29,173 nt of DNA from Macrostomum lignano. Taxonomy: Eukaryota. The DNA is taken from contig NIVC01004992.1 of the NCBI GenBank assembly GCA_002269645.1, forward strand, positions 1 to 29,173, given 5' to 3'. Position numbers and translations under genes: made by a program. How positions within the stretch are numbered: the first letter of the stretch is position 1; the number at the start of each line of letters is the position of its first letter. Under the pieces are notes generated by a model that searched no databases, was not told the DNA's origin, and saw only the letters and a program-made list of their open reading frames with translations. Of the stretch, positions 1-10,770 are shown piece after piece.

Positions 1-2
1 CT

Positions 3-3000
3 TTCGGGGCTGCCGCCGCCGCTCCAGCAGACGATGGCGACGGCGGAGCTGGCTTGTTCGACAATGACGAATTCACGGTGACTGAGGAGATGAAGGAAGC
101 CGCGCCAGGGAGCCCTGATGGAGGAGAGTCTGGCCGGCGGCTCACCGTGGCCCGGGAGCGCCCGAGGCCGAAGGCCGTCGCGCGGTGGCCCAGCAGGACA
201 CGCTGTCCGGCAACAACCCGTTCCGCAAGGATGATAGCCGCGGCTCCAACGAGGACGGTGCCGAGCGGAACGAGGCGGAGGGCGAGGCACCGAGGAGGAC
301 GAGCGGCAGCGCGCGGCCGAGGCTGCAGAACGAAGCCGAAGTCGTTCAAGCCGCTGGGCACAATTTATCCGCAAGATGACAGCGACAGTAGCGACGAAGA
401 AAGGAGGACCGGCTAAAGGTGCGCATCCGGACGAAGACCACGGTGCTGGAAAGCCGCTGGAGTCCGCCCGGTGCCGGTGCTGTCGCGCTCCGCCAAAAAT
501 CGAACTGCAAGGTCGCTTCAATCCATTCGACATCGACGAGTCGCAGGCCAAGTCGCCGCAGCTCAAAGGCCGGGAAGTGGGCACGGGGGAAACGGCCTGC
601 GACGAGGGCAATGTCTGGGGCGACGCTGGAGAGGCGCTCAGGCGCTGACGGCGAAGGCTTCGGCGACGACCTCGCCTTCGAGGTAAATTGGGAGCGGCCG
701 AACGCGCCAACGCCGATGGCGGTGACAGAGTAGCGATGGAGGCCCGCAAGCGGCTGCGCAGCCCGACGCCGCCCATGGCGCCATTCGAGCCGTTCCACCC
801 GCGCTACGAGGAGGACGGCTGGCGGGTAATGGTGCGAATGCCAGAGAAGAAGAAGAAGATGAGCAAGCAGATCAGCAAGTTCACCTCCGACGATGGTGGA
901 AGGAGATTCACGTGCGCATTGCGTGGGAGCAGGACAGGCCAACCCTGAGGTTGTTCAACCAGGAGGACCCGAGCACGCCCTACAGGACGGTCCGGCTCGA
1001 GCCACACCATCAGCTGAGCGCGGGACAAGCTGCAGCAGTACGACAAATACGGCAAGCTGCACATTTTCAAGGTAAGTAAAAGTATGATGGCACACTGTAC
1101 ACATGTACAGCCACAGCCTCAAAGCCTCACAGTTTCACTGCTGGCTGTGAGACTCCCTTGCAATCTTTGCTTAGACGGCAAGGCTCAATGAGAGTTGCTC
1201 AGCTGTTAAATACCTCGAATTTGCCACACGCCATTCTCAGGTGAACATGCTCACCTACAAGGAGATCGTCGGCGTGCGCACCGAGAAGTGGTCGCTGAAG
1301 ACCATCCAGACCATGATCAGCAAGCCCAAGACTGCAGACGTGTTCGACCACATGCCGGTTCGAACCGAGATCGTCAAGTTTGGCAGCATGGACCAGTACA
1401 CCATCCGGTCGCTGATGTGGGCCATCGAGGACGAGATGATGAAAATTTCGGTAGGCCGCGACAGGAACAAGGCGCCCACAGACTACAGCAAGGAGGAGTG
1501 CTGCGGCTACGTGCAGGACGAGTTCGAGGCCCTGGTGGATAAGGAGGGCCATACGCTGCACCAGAAGTCGCGCACTAGAGTCTTCTTCATGGCCTTCGTT
1601 GCTGGCATGCCATTCGTCGAGCTGGTCTCAACGACAAATGGCGCTACGGCAACGAGGTGGTGAAACGGCAGGACATCATCCCAATCATGCACGACGACTG
1701 GATCGAGATGTACGAGCCGGAGTTCCACGCCGTGGTGGACATGCAGCGCTACGAGCAGTCGCACATGATCTGCTTCTACCCGTTGGACGCGTGCCGCTTT
1801 GAGCTGATGCGGTTCCGCGTGCCGCTCAAGGCCAACCAGGAGCTGCCAGTGCAGTTGAAATGCGTCTTCAACATAAACAAGGACCGCGTAGACATCCGCT
1901 GCGATGTCGTAGTGCCGGGCTTCTTCAGCAGTCACACCCGGTGCCACGAGGTGCCTGCCGAAGACATCGAGATCCGCATCCCGCTGCCGGAGGACTGGGT
2001 GTATTTCTTCCGACAGGAGGGCAAATTCAAGTACAACTCCGTGCACTCCACGCTGCGCCGGCCAGGCCGAATCAAGGGCATTGAGCGCTCACCCAGATGG
2101 CGCAGGGCTTCTTCCCGCCCTCGATCATGGAGGCCGACACCGGCGTGGCCAAGTACGAGCACCTCTACCGAGCCATCGTCTGGCGCATCGGCCGTCTTCC
2201 CGAGAAGCATCACGGTAATTGAGGGGGGGGATTATTAGCGTAGATTATTATTATAGCCAACATGTCAAATGACATCTTCAGAGCACGTAATTACTTCAAG
2301 AAACCAACCAAACCGGACATATGGAATGAACAGTACATTAGTCCAAGCGATACACGCATTGCCGCACTTATGTCCAGAGCATATTGTGCTCTTATAGCAA
2401 TTCAAATACACGTACTCGCCCTACGGTATTGTAGTTGCCGGGGATTATCTCTACGTTCCTATGCTTTTGATGGGCGAACAGTGTCGTAGGTCAAAAGAAA
2501 ATATTAATTTCCTGACTGGCTTCGCTTTAACTTGAAAGCTGTCGGCTTGGCCTATTATTTCCCATTCGATAGGCTGTTTTGCAAATCCACAAAGAATCCA
2601 TACAGTTGAGCATGTAGCAATCCGACCCGCAATCTCTTCAACCCAACAACGCACAGGCGCCTACAAGAGTCACCTGTTCACCTGTAAACTGCAACTCGGC
2701 CCGCACGACACGGTGCCCGCCTGGGAGACTCTGAACGACTCGCTACACGTGGAGTTCACTATGCCGGGCAGCACGGTGTCCGGTTGCACCATTCGGAGCA
2801 TCGGAGTCGAGCACACAGAGACGCCCGGCAAGTTTGTGAAATACATTGCCAAGTACAGCTACAACTGGGGCATCCAGTACGTTCTGGGCGAGAGAAAGGA
2901 CGCCGCACTGAAGAGCATCCTGGACGATGTGCCACCGATGAAAGACTCGGACGACGAGGCGGAGGCGGAGGCTGGAGGACAAGACAGGGCGGAAGCAGCA

Positions 3001-3655
3001 GCGGCGTCTCATGATGAGGAGGATGATGCAGCGGCGCAGCAGCAGCCGCGGAAACCGGCGAGGCGGCTCCACCAGCTGGGGCGTCGCTGCTGTCAGCATT
3101 TGTCGATCTGTCCGGCGGTCCCAGCCCGTCCGCTGGTTCGGCAGTCGACCAGGCGGCTGAGGCCTCCGATGGCGGCATTTTCGACCCTCTGGAAGCCATG
3201 GCGGAGGAGGCAGCGGCGCAGGCGCCCAGCGTGCAGCAGCAACCGCAGCAGCCGCAGTCCTTCAACCTGAACGACCTACTCGGACTGGACATTGTCTGGG
3301 CAGCGGCGGCAGCGGAGCGGAGGCTAAAAAGTCGCAAGCGCCTGCCGAGGCTCCAGCAAAAGTGCAATCACCCCAGATCGAGCAGCAGCCGCAGCCGCCG
3401 CAGGAAGAGCAAGATGAACCAGGCCAGGCGGCCACAGATGAAGCGGCTGGTTTGGTCTCTGAGGCGGTGCCAGATGAGCCAGAGGCGGTACCTGTCGATG
3501 CCGAGCAATCAGCGGTGGCCGAGGAGGACGACAATGCAACGGGAGAGGCTGCGAAACAGGCGCCCGAGGAGGTCGCCCGCGACTCCGACGAATCTCCGCC
3601 AACGTCCGGGCCGGACGAGCCGGACGAGGACAGCGATGAGGGCGACCTGTGCTAG
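3..3655 (+). CDS. stnB: Stonin / Stoned-B-like endocytic adaptor (stonin-homology + mu-homology domains); 5'-partial, 3 exons here (introns 1072-1240, 2215-2656), about 10 frameshifts
   Basis: Stitched translation gives GWRVMVRMPEKKK, WKEIHVR, LQQYDKYGKLHIFK, ELGLNDKWRYGNEVVKRQDIIP, FELMRFRVP, AKYEHLYRAIVWRIGRLPEK and VEFTMPGSTVSGCTIRSI, matching the Stoned-B SHD/MHD as I recall it. NPF motifs at 215-223 and 520-528. Splice sites AAG/GTAAGT (1072), CTCAG (1240), G/GTAATT (2215), CACAG (2656) keep the frame. Stop TAG at 3653-3655. Frame open from the window start. Confidence 0.9.
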
Positions 3656-3725
3656 GGGGGGGGGGGGCTTAGCCCCATGCAGTTGACTTTTCACTCCACA
3701 ATGGTGCAGCTTTCAAGACTGTTTG

Positions 3726-3748
3726 CTCTCTCTCTCTCTCTCTCTCTC
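3726..3748. repeat. (CT)n microsatellite
   Basis: About 11 uninterrupted CT units read directly. Confidence 0.9.
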
Positions 3749-4159
3749 ACCGTCTCCGGCTCACCCAACTGTACTCAAAATTTTCTCCCCCCCCTACTCT
3801 CCCCTCCGCTGCGTTTCCCAGAATCCCAGCCTAAGCCATTGAAATCCCCCTTAATTCCTAGTTCGCTATCTGGCACATCCCTTTTCCATTCTCCTGTCTA
3901 ATCTCCCCCGTAGGCAGTTCGGCTGCGCCAAACACGCTATGCTGGACTCTTTGGCGCATTCAAAGGCATAATAGTACTTTTAGTAGCATTATTGCATATG
4001 CACGTGCAAATATCCTATGCAAGTTAACAGTAAGAAAGCTTTCTTAACTGTGTTTTTCTACTACTGATATATTATTACTAACCTTCTACACCGTGGCTCA
4101 CTTTTACAAGCAAAAAAAGCGTTCCTTTTTAGACAATTGTCTTTTCATATACGAGCTCT

Positions 4160-4535
4160 CCCCGTGCAGGGAGCACTGAAGACAAGGATGTAACAGTCAC
4201 CAAAACTTGGTGACCCAGGCGGAAATTCGGAATTATCAAGAAGTTGAATAAAATAGTTCCTCACAACTGGCACGAGTTTCATGGGAAAACTATCAGAATT
4301 TCAGTATTTCTGCCGCGGGGAAGTACAAAAAGAGCTGGACTTATTTTTTAAAAAAGTCGCAAATTAACGAACAAAAAATTATTTCTTTAACTTTTCAGCT
4401 GCAGAAATCCTGAGCTTGTGCTTATTCTCAGATGTCACTTGTGTCAGTTATGAAAAATTTATTTTTAGCTTTAAATTGAAACCAAGATTGCGAGTTTTTT
4501 CACTTCCCTGGCCTCCAGTGTTCCCTGCTCTGGGG
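4160..4535. mobile_element. Possible MITE / non-autonomous DNA transposon
   Basis: Imperfect inverted repeats CCCCGTGCAGGGAGCACTGAAG (4160-4181) and CTCCAGTGTTCCCTGCTCTGGGG (4513-4535) flank an AT-rich non-coding core. No target-site duplication found. Confidence 0.35.
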
Positions 4536-5845
4536 TCACCTTTCGCACACAATCGAGTCCTCTCTGCGCTTTAGTCTGCTTCTGTTGTTTTCCGATCTTG
4601 TTTGCTTAGTTGAAAGCATAATTCGCAAATTTTCCATATAATAGCTGTGCTGCCTTTTTTCTTTTCAATTTTGCAGCCAGTGGGAATTTTTTTGTTAAAA
4701 TTGACGACAGTTTTTAAAGTCTCAAGTTGTGATATTATTGAAGCTTAAACGCTGGGAAAAATTTTGCAGCGACGACACTCTGACGACAAGCAACTACAGG
4801 CTAGAGACGACAGCCTTGTCGATTTACTATTGATTTACTAAAATAAGTTTGATTTGTTCAACTCAGTAGTATCGTGCAAATGCGCGCTTCCAAATCCGCT
4901 TCGCTGCCTGCTTTCTATCGGCCTCTGATTGGTCGACTGCCAATGGCGACGACAGGGTGACTTGTCAACTTGTCGTCATCAGCCTGTTATCACTGCAATT
5001 TTTCCCAGCGGCCTCTGTTAGCTTAAAAATGCATATTTTATCTAGCCATATGTATACATATATACTCTTCTATCTTTTCATATCTTCGATTAATCCTCGC
5101 TGTATTTTAGTAATGATTAGGATACAAACGAATTTGCTTAATTAAACCGTTAACCAGTAGAAGTATGACAATAATTATTCACTTATTAAAATATTAGTAT
5201 AGTAGATAACCTGGTTACCCTAGATCCCCCGCTTTACCCCCCAGTATTTTGCTAGCAATCTTCAGTCGGCCATTCAGGTGTAAAATAATGACCTACTCTG
5301 TCATATCCGCTGTCCGCCATGCCTATCGCGATGCACCTAGCCCCCCCTAACCTATTTTATACTGTGCTAAGTAGCCGACTTACTCCATTCCTTTGCTGAC
5401 GCACTCAATCAGCCGGAGGTGTCAGACAGTCTCCACACTGATGTTCCAACCAGGCTGCCTGTCCGAAATCTCCAGTCTCCTGTGCTGAACATTTTGAGCA
5501 CAACTCAGAAGCGGCTAGCCAGTTTGAATGGCTAGAAAATACATTTTAGCCGGTCATCGAGCACAGCTGAGTTTGACGCAATAAACATGAATAATTTGCT
5601 TTATGAGCTAAACAATTGGCCACGTACTCCGCTTCTTTGAGAATTCTTTTTGATGGCTTTGATTTGCATGTGGTGCGACCACAAGTTCGAATTGTTGAGA
5701 GTAGCCTTGTGGTAAAATATTGGTTTCAATTATTGATGTTAATAGGAGTACTTGATGTAGGCACGTCCTGAGTCTCCCCACTAATTTTTGCGCACCCTCT
5801 CTTACTCCCCTGTGATCCCTGCGTCCCAGTGATGACTTATTGGGA

Positions 5846-6165
5846 TGAGTCATCACAATGACTCATGCTTATCATCCATCCCACTCCCCCCGGGCACCAA
5901 GCCCACCTCCTTTCTATTGTTCGAAATCATTCATGCGCGGTGATAGTTTTATGACCCCCTATCTCCCCAAGCTTTTTCCCGCCTGTTACGTAATCCCCCA
6001 TCATAAATCATTTTCTCCGCTGTGACGCACCCCAATTTCTCGTCCAATCACAGTGCGGCTGGCATGTGACGTCATTAGGGTTGCTTGATAACGGAGGTCA
6101 ATGACAGGTCCCAGCCTTCAATATCACGCACCACGCGTGACGCGTGATCTCAGGGCTATAAATAG
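5846..6165 (+). promoter_or_regulatory. Pol II promoter-like module (possibly an LTR U3 region)
   Basis: TGAGTCA 5846, TGACTCA 5859, GTTACGTAAT 5985, CCAAT 6032 and 6044, TGACGTCA 6067, TATAAAA 6157. Motif matches only. Confidence 0.45.
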
Positions 6166-7116
6166 GAGCCCGTTTTGAGCCCTGAGCGTCAGCGGTTCAT
6201 TGTTGCTCTTCTTCAACTTTTTCTCCTCGAGCTCCCCTGGTTCGGGACCTGTTCTCGATGTACTGTTTCCGTCCTTTGGTTCTTCTTTTTTTCCAGTGAG
6301 ACCGAACCTTCCTCGGGAAACTCAATACCCAGACTGGCGATCCCCCCTAGGACCGGCTAATTTCCCCTAAATACTACTAGATCCTCAGGATCTCCCCAAT
6401 AAGCACCCGCTAACTGCCCTCCCGTCCCCCTCTTTTGCAACCTTCCCTGACGCCCGCCCCAATCCGAGACTTCTGGATCGCCCGTGACTGCTTCCGCCTA
6501 TATTTTCTTATTTCGTGTTGTGAAATGTGAGTAGAGAATGAGTCGAGCTGTGCCATTAAGAAAGGCAAGTCATATCAAAAGATAAACACTAGGCCTGCCT
6601 CCTATCAATAGCAATAAAAATTTTTGTGTTGAAAAAAATGAAAACCTCCAACTTCCTCAATGTATTTTGTGCAATAAAACCGGCCTCCTAAAAATTTCCC
6701 AGAAACGTACTTTACCGTCCTACTTGAGTAGTCTTTGGCCTTTGCGATAAGCATTGATGATTTCCCTCTATTGCAGTCTAGTTCTCACGGATATTATTTA
6801 TTCCCTCAAGCTGTTCTGCCAGCATCAACAGGGACTAGTTATTTACCTGTCGAGTCTCTTCCGTTTCAAATTAGCACCGCAACAGATGCGGGCGCCCCTG
6901 ATCCCGGAGAGAGAGGAGCTACTGGTGTCGTAAACACAGGCCAAGGATTTCTATAGAATTCTAGCAGACCGGAGTTTGCGTTTGAAAATTCTGGCCGGCA
7001 GCTTAGCTCAGTGTGCAAATAGAAACAAGTTCTTTTTTATCAACACCTCGTTTACCATGGGTGTCAATTATGGGTGAATGCTCTCCTTGGGGTGCGGCAG
7101 TCGGGTGGTGGGTCCA

Positions 7117-7644
7117 GAACCTTCACAATCTAGAGCCTTCACAATCTAGAGCCTTCAAAATCTAGAGCATTCACAATCTAGAGCCTTCAAAATCTAGAGC
7201 ATTCACAATCTAGAGCATTCACAATCTAGAGCATTCAAAATCTAGAGCCTTCAAAATCTAGAGCATTCACAATCTAGAGCATTCACAATCTAGAGCCTTC
7301 AAAATCTAGAGCATTCACAATCTAGAGCCTTCAAAATCTAGAGCATTCACAATCTTGAGCATTCACAATCTAGAGCATTCACAATCTAGAGCATTCACAA
7401 TCTAGAGCATTCACAATCTAGAGCCTTCACAATCTAGAGCATTCACAATCTAGAGCATTCACAATCTAGAGCATTCACAATCTAGAGCATTCACAATCTA
7501 GAGCCTTCAAAATCTAGAGCATTCACAATCTAGAGCATTCACAATCTAGAGCCTTCAAAATCTAGAGCATTCACAATCTAGAGCATTCACAATCTAGAGC
7601 ATTCACAATCTAGAGCATTCACAATCTAGAGCATTCACAATCTA
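7117..7644. repeat. 16-bp minisatellite (TCTAGAGCATTCACAA), about 33 copies
   Basis: Near-perfect tandem units with variant TCTAGAGCCTTCAAAA; no spacers. Confidence 0.97.
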
Positions 7645-8290
7645 CGCTCGTAGAACTGTCACAAATGAAGTGAACTCTCTTTTTACTTAATGAAGAACTA
7701 TAAAGTTGTGAAATCACTAATAAGTAAACTTTTGTAAAGAGACAACCTTTCGCTTTCCAATCCAAATGCTATTATCTAGAACTCCATGCGCCGGCAGAGA
7801 CTGGAAGTGTCAGCCCAGTGCCTCTTCATCGCTCCCGCATCGCCTGTCAGGAGGGTGGCGCGCGTTCCCACAGTCTGGGACGCGTGGATGATCGCGGGGT
7901 GGCGGCGTTTGTAGGGGGTGGCTGGGCTGTTTGGTCTCTGCCGGCCAGAAACTGGGCCACCTCCACTGGCCAGGGACCACTTAATATTAATGTGTGGACT
8001 GAAGCCTAAAAGTACCCTGGGCGTTTTGTAAGGTCAAGACGGCTCAAACAAAAAAGTTCATAAAGAATAGCGTATTTTTGAGCCAGTGAAAGTGACCAGC
8101 TAGACTGGAAATGAACATTTTATATTTCGAAAGTTCGGAAGCGACCTAACAACCATTTATGCGCTCGCAAACTGTGCTGCACTCACCTGAAGTTTTTGTG
8201 AAATTTCTAGAATTTCCTAAATTTCTTTAGGAAATTGTTGCCGCCGCGTGGTTTCCAATACATGTAGACTTTGACTAACAGCGGTCCTTG

Positions 8291-8293
<3 letters not shown>

Positions 8294-8357
<64 letters not shown>
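8294..8357. repeat. (AG)n microsatellite, about 32 units
   Basis: Read directly. Confidence 0.97.
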
Positions 8358-8358
<1 letters not shown>

Positions 8359-8429
8359 AACACTGGACTAATAAAGTACAGTGTGTCATTTCAAAAATAT
8401 GATTATTAAACTTGTTTACGAGACAGTCT

Positions 8430-9045
8430 ACTCTTATGACTTAAACAAGCAGACTATGAACTAAAGTTTATAAGACCTAACATTTACTGACCACGAGCTA
8501 AACTACCTTTAACCTAAAACTACGAGTATACTCACAATGATCTGCCTAAGAATCTAACAATGACCCAAAAAAGTTTATGACACAAACTGCCCATGACTCA
8601 AACCGTCTATGAGCAAAATTATCTATGACTTAAACTGTCTAAGACCTAAAATGCCCATTACCTGAACTGTCTAATGATCCAAACTGCCAATGATCCAAAA
8701 TATATCCATGACTTAAAGTGTCCATGATCTAAAGCGTCCAGGACCCAAATTGTCCATGACCCAAACTGTCAACGAACCAAACTGCATGACCAAAAACTTT
8801 TATGACCCAAAATGTCGATGACTCTGAACTCTCCATGACCTAAACTGTCTATAATCTAAAATGTCCATGATCCAAACTGTATATAATCTAAAATGTCCAC
8901 GACATAAACTGTCTATACTCTAAAATGTCCATGATCCAAACTGTCTATAATCTAAAAGGTCCACGACATAAACTGTCTATAAACTAAAATGTCCATGATC
9001 CAAACTGTCTATAACGCAAACTGTCTTTAATCTTAACTGTCTAAG
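8430..9045. repeat. Degenerate 16-bp minisatellite with 32/64-bp higher-order structure
   Basis: Units ATGTCCATGATCCAAA, CTGTCTATAATCTAAA and ATGTCCACGACATAAA in exact 16-bp register at 8845-9020; more diverged to the left, so the left boundary is approximate. Confidence 0.85.
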
Positions 9046-9125
9046 CACTTATCATCATATGAGACAACCAATAACGATGATTCTGTTCATGCAGAATAAC
9101 GAGCGTATTGGCTCGTATCAGCATA

Positions 9126-10433
9126 CGAGGGATACTCTAAAAGTTTTGCAATTCGACTATTTAAAGTTAATTTTGCCAAACTTTTCTATTACAATCCTTC
9201 AAAGTAGGCTCCCCGGAACTGCAAACACTTGTGCGCTCGTCCGAGCCACTTGTTCATCAAGCCCTGGAAGTCTTCAATTGGGATGCCGTCAATCGCCTCC
9301 TTCGCCGCCTGCTCCAGCTCCTCGTCGGACTGAAACCTGCGCCCCCTAAGCGACTTTTTGATTTCTGGAAAGAGCCAGAAGTCGCAGGGGGCGAGGTCTG
9401 GTGAGTAGGCCGGGTGTGGTAGCGTTGAAATGCCCTCTTGGTCCAGGAACGCTCGAGTTGCAGCAGCCGTGTGGGCGGGGGCGTTGTCATGGTGAAGCTT
9501 CCGCCCTCGCATTCCCGTCCTTGGCGCCCTCTGGGTCACGCTGTCGATCACGACTGGCAAGCACTCTTCAGTGTACCATCGAGCAGTGACTGTAGCTTGA
9601 CCCTCCAGCTTCACCATCGCCACCACGCCTTGTGAGTCGAAGAAGATGGCAAACATCCGCTTGCCCTGGGACCGGGACCGCCTTGCTTTCAGGGGTCGTT
9701 GACCACCTTCCGGCACCCACTCTGCACTGCTGCGCTTTGTCTCGACGTCAAAATGATACAGAAACGTCTCATCACCAGTGATGACCTCAGAGCGGCGCTG
9801 ATGGCTCCCGTGCTCATATCGATCGATGAGAAACTGACAGAACTCCATGCGGGCCTGTTTTTGAGCATCTGTCAGGATGTGGGGTATCCATCGGGCACAA
9901 AGCTTCCTGACTCTCAGGTGATCGTGTAGAATCGTATCGACCGCTGCCGATCCAATGCCGACATTCATAGCTAGCATGTCCGTGGTGATTCGCGGATCCT
10001 GATGAATCAGCTCCTGCACTGCAGCGATGTTTTCCTCCGTCACTGCTGTCGGAGGTCTCCCGGGCCGGGGGTCGTCAGAAAAGCTGGTCCTGCCGGCCTG
10101 GAACTCGCGGTACCAGCGTGTAACCGTAGCATATGACGGCGCTTGAGCCTCCAATGTTGCTAGTAGCTCGGCATGAGTCTCAAGCGCCGTGAGCTTTCGC
10201 TTGTGGCAGTACCAAATTAGTAGCCGATTCTGCTCACGATTCAATTCCATGGCTGCAGCTGTACAGTTAAGGAGTCTCTGACTTTGACTGGGGGCTGAGC
10301 AGGCGTATATGTATGAATTCACTTGAAAATTGAGGTGGTGACTATGTACATGTTTATTGTACAGAGAGTTGGTTTTGAAGATTGTGCGACTTGCGTAAGT
10401 GGTTGAATTGCAAAACTTTTGGAGTATCCCTCG
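9126..10433 (-). mobile_element. Full-length mariner (Tc1/mariner, DD34D) DNA transposon, 1308 bp
   Basis: 32-bp TIRs at 9126-9157 (CGAGGGATACTCTAAAAGTTTTGCAATTCGAC) and 10402-10433, with 2 mismatches. TA duplication at 9124-9125 and 10434-10435. Confidence 0.97.
9189..10250 (-). CDS. Mariner transposase, 353 aa, uninterrupted
   Basis: Starts MELNREQ. HTH region ending GRP, WIPHIL (WVPHEL motif), GDET, HHDNAPAH and YSPDLAPCDF, with 34 residues between the second and third catalytic Asp. Confidence 0.96.
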   Translation of the reverse strand: MELNREQNRLLIWYCHKRKLTALETHAELLATLEAQAPSYATVTRWYREFQAGRTSFSDDPRPGRPPTAVTEENIAAVQELIHQDPRITTDMLAMNVGIGSAAVDTILHDHLRVRKLCARWIPHILTDAQKQARMEFCQFLIDRYEHGSHQRRSEVITGDETFLYHFDVETKRSSAEWVPEGGQRPLKARRSRSQGKRMFAIFFDSQGVVAMVKLEGQATVTARWYTEECLPVVIDSVTQRAPRTGMRGRKLHHDNAPAHTAAATRAFLDQEGISTLPHPAYSPDLAPCDFWLFPEIKKSLRGRRFQSDEELEQAAKEAIDGIPIEDFQGLMNKWLGRAHKCLQFRGAYFEGL

Positions 10434-10770
10434 TACTTGTAATGTATTACAGTTTAAACTATTTATAATTTGCCAATAAATATCGGTAATAACAAAAAAT
10501 AACGCAAAAATTACAATTGCAGACTTGTATTTAGAATTATTATTCTGCATTCATATTTACTTGTTGCTCTGGTATTGAAAAAGTGCGGCACTCAGGGCAT
10601 GAAGCTTTCATTAACGGGTAATCTCAGCAGCAATGACGAAAAGGGACATTTCGGGAAATTAATCTGGGGAATAAATGGGGATTTGGGGATGGACAAATCG
10701 TGCAAGGGAGTTTCCCTGCGTGTCTTCGAAACTTGAAAATCATGCAATATACTGTTCCTGCTTATTCGAG

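Noticed and set aside
880-2100. Programmed ribosomal frameshifting in stonin
   Set aside because: Too many shifts, no slippery heptamers seen at the sites, and most are fixed by restoring one base in a doublet or short run.
346-3602. Minus-strand ORFs over stonin (also 28024-28892 over TSEN2 and 14702-15163 over the bZIP)
   Set aside because: Antisense shadows of GC-rich coding exons, with no recognisable domains.
7117-7644. CRISPR array (also considered for the other arrays)
   Set aside because: Units are directly adjacent with no unique spacers, there are no cas genes, and the context is eukaryotic.
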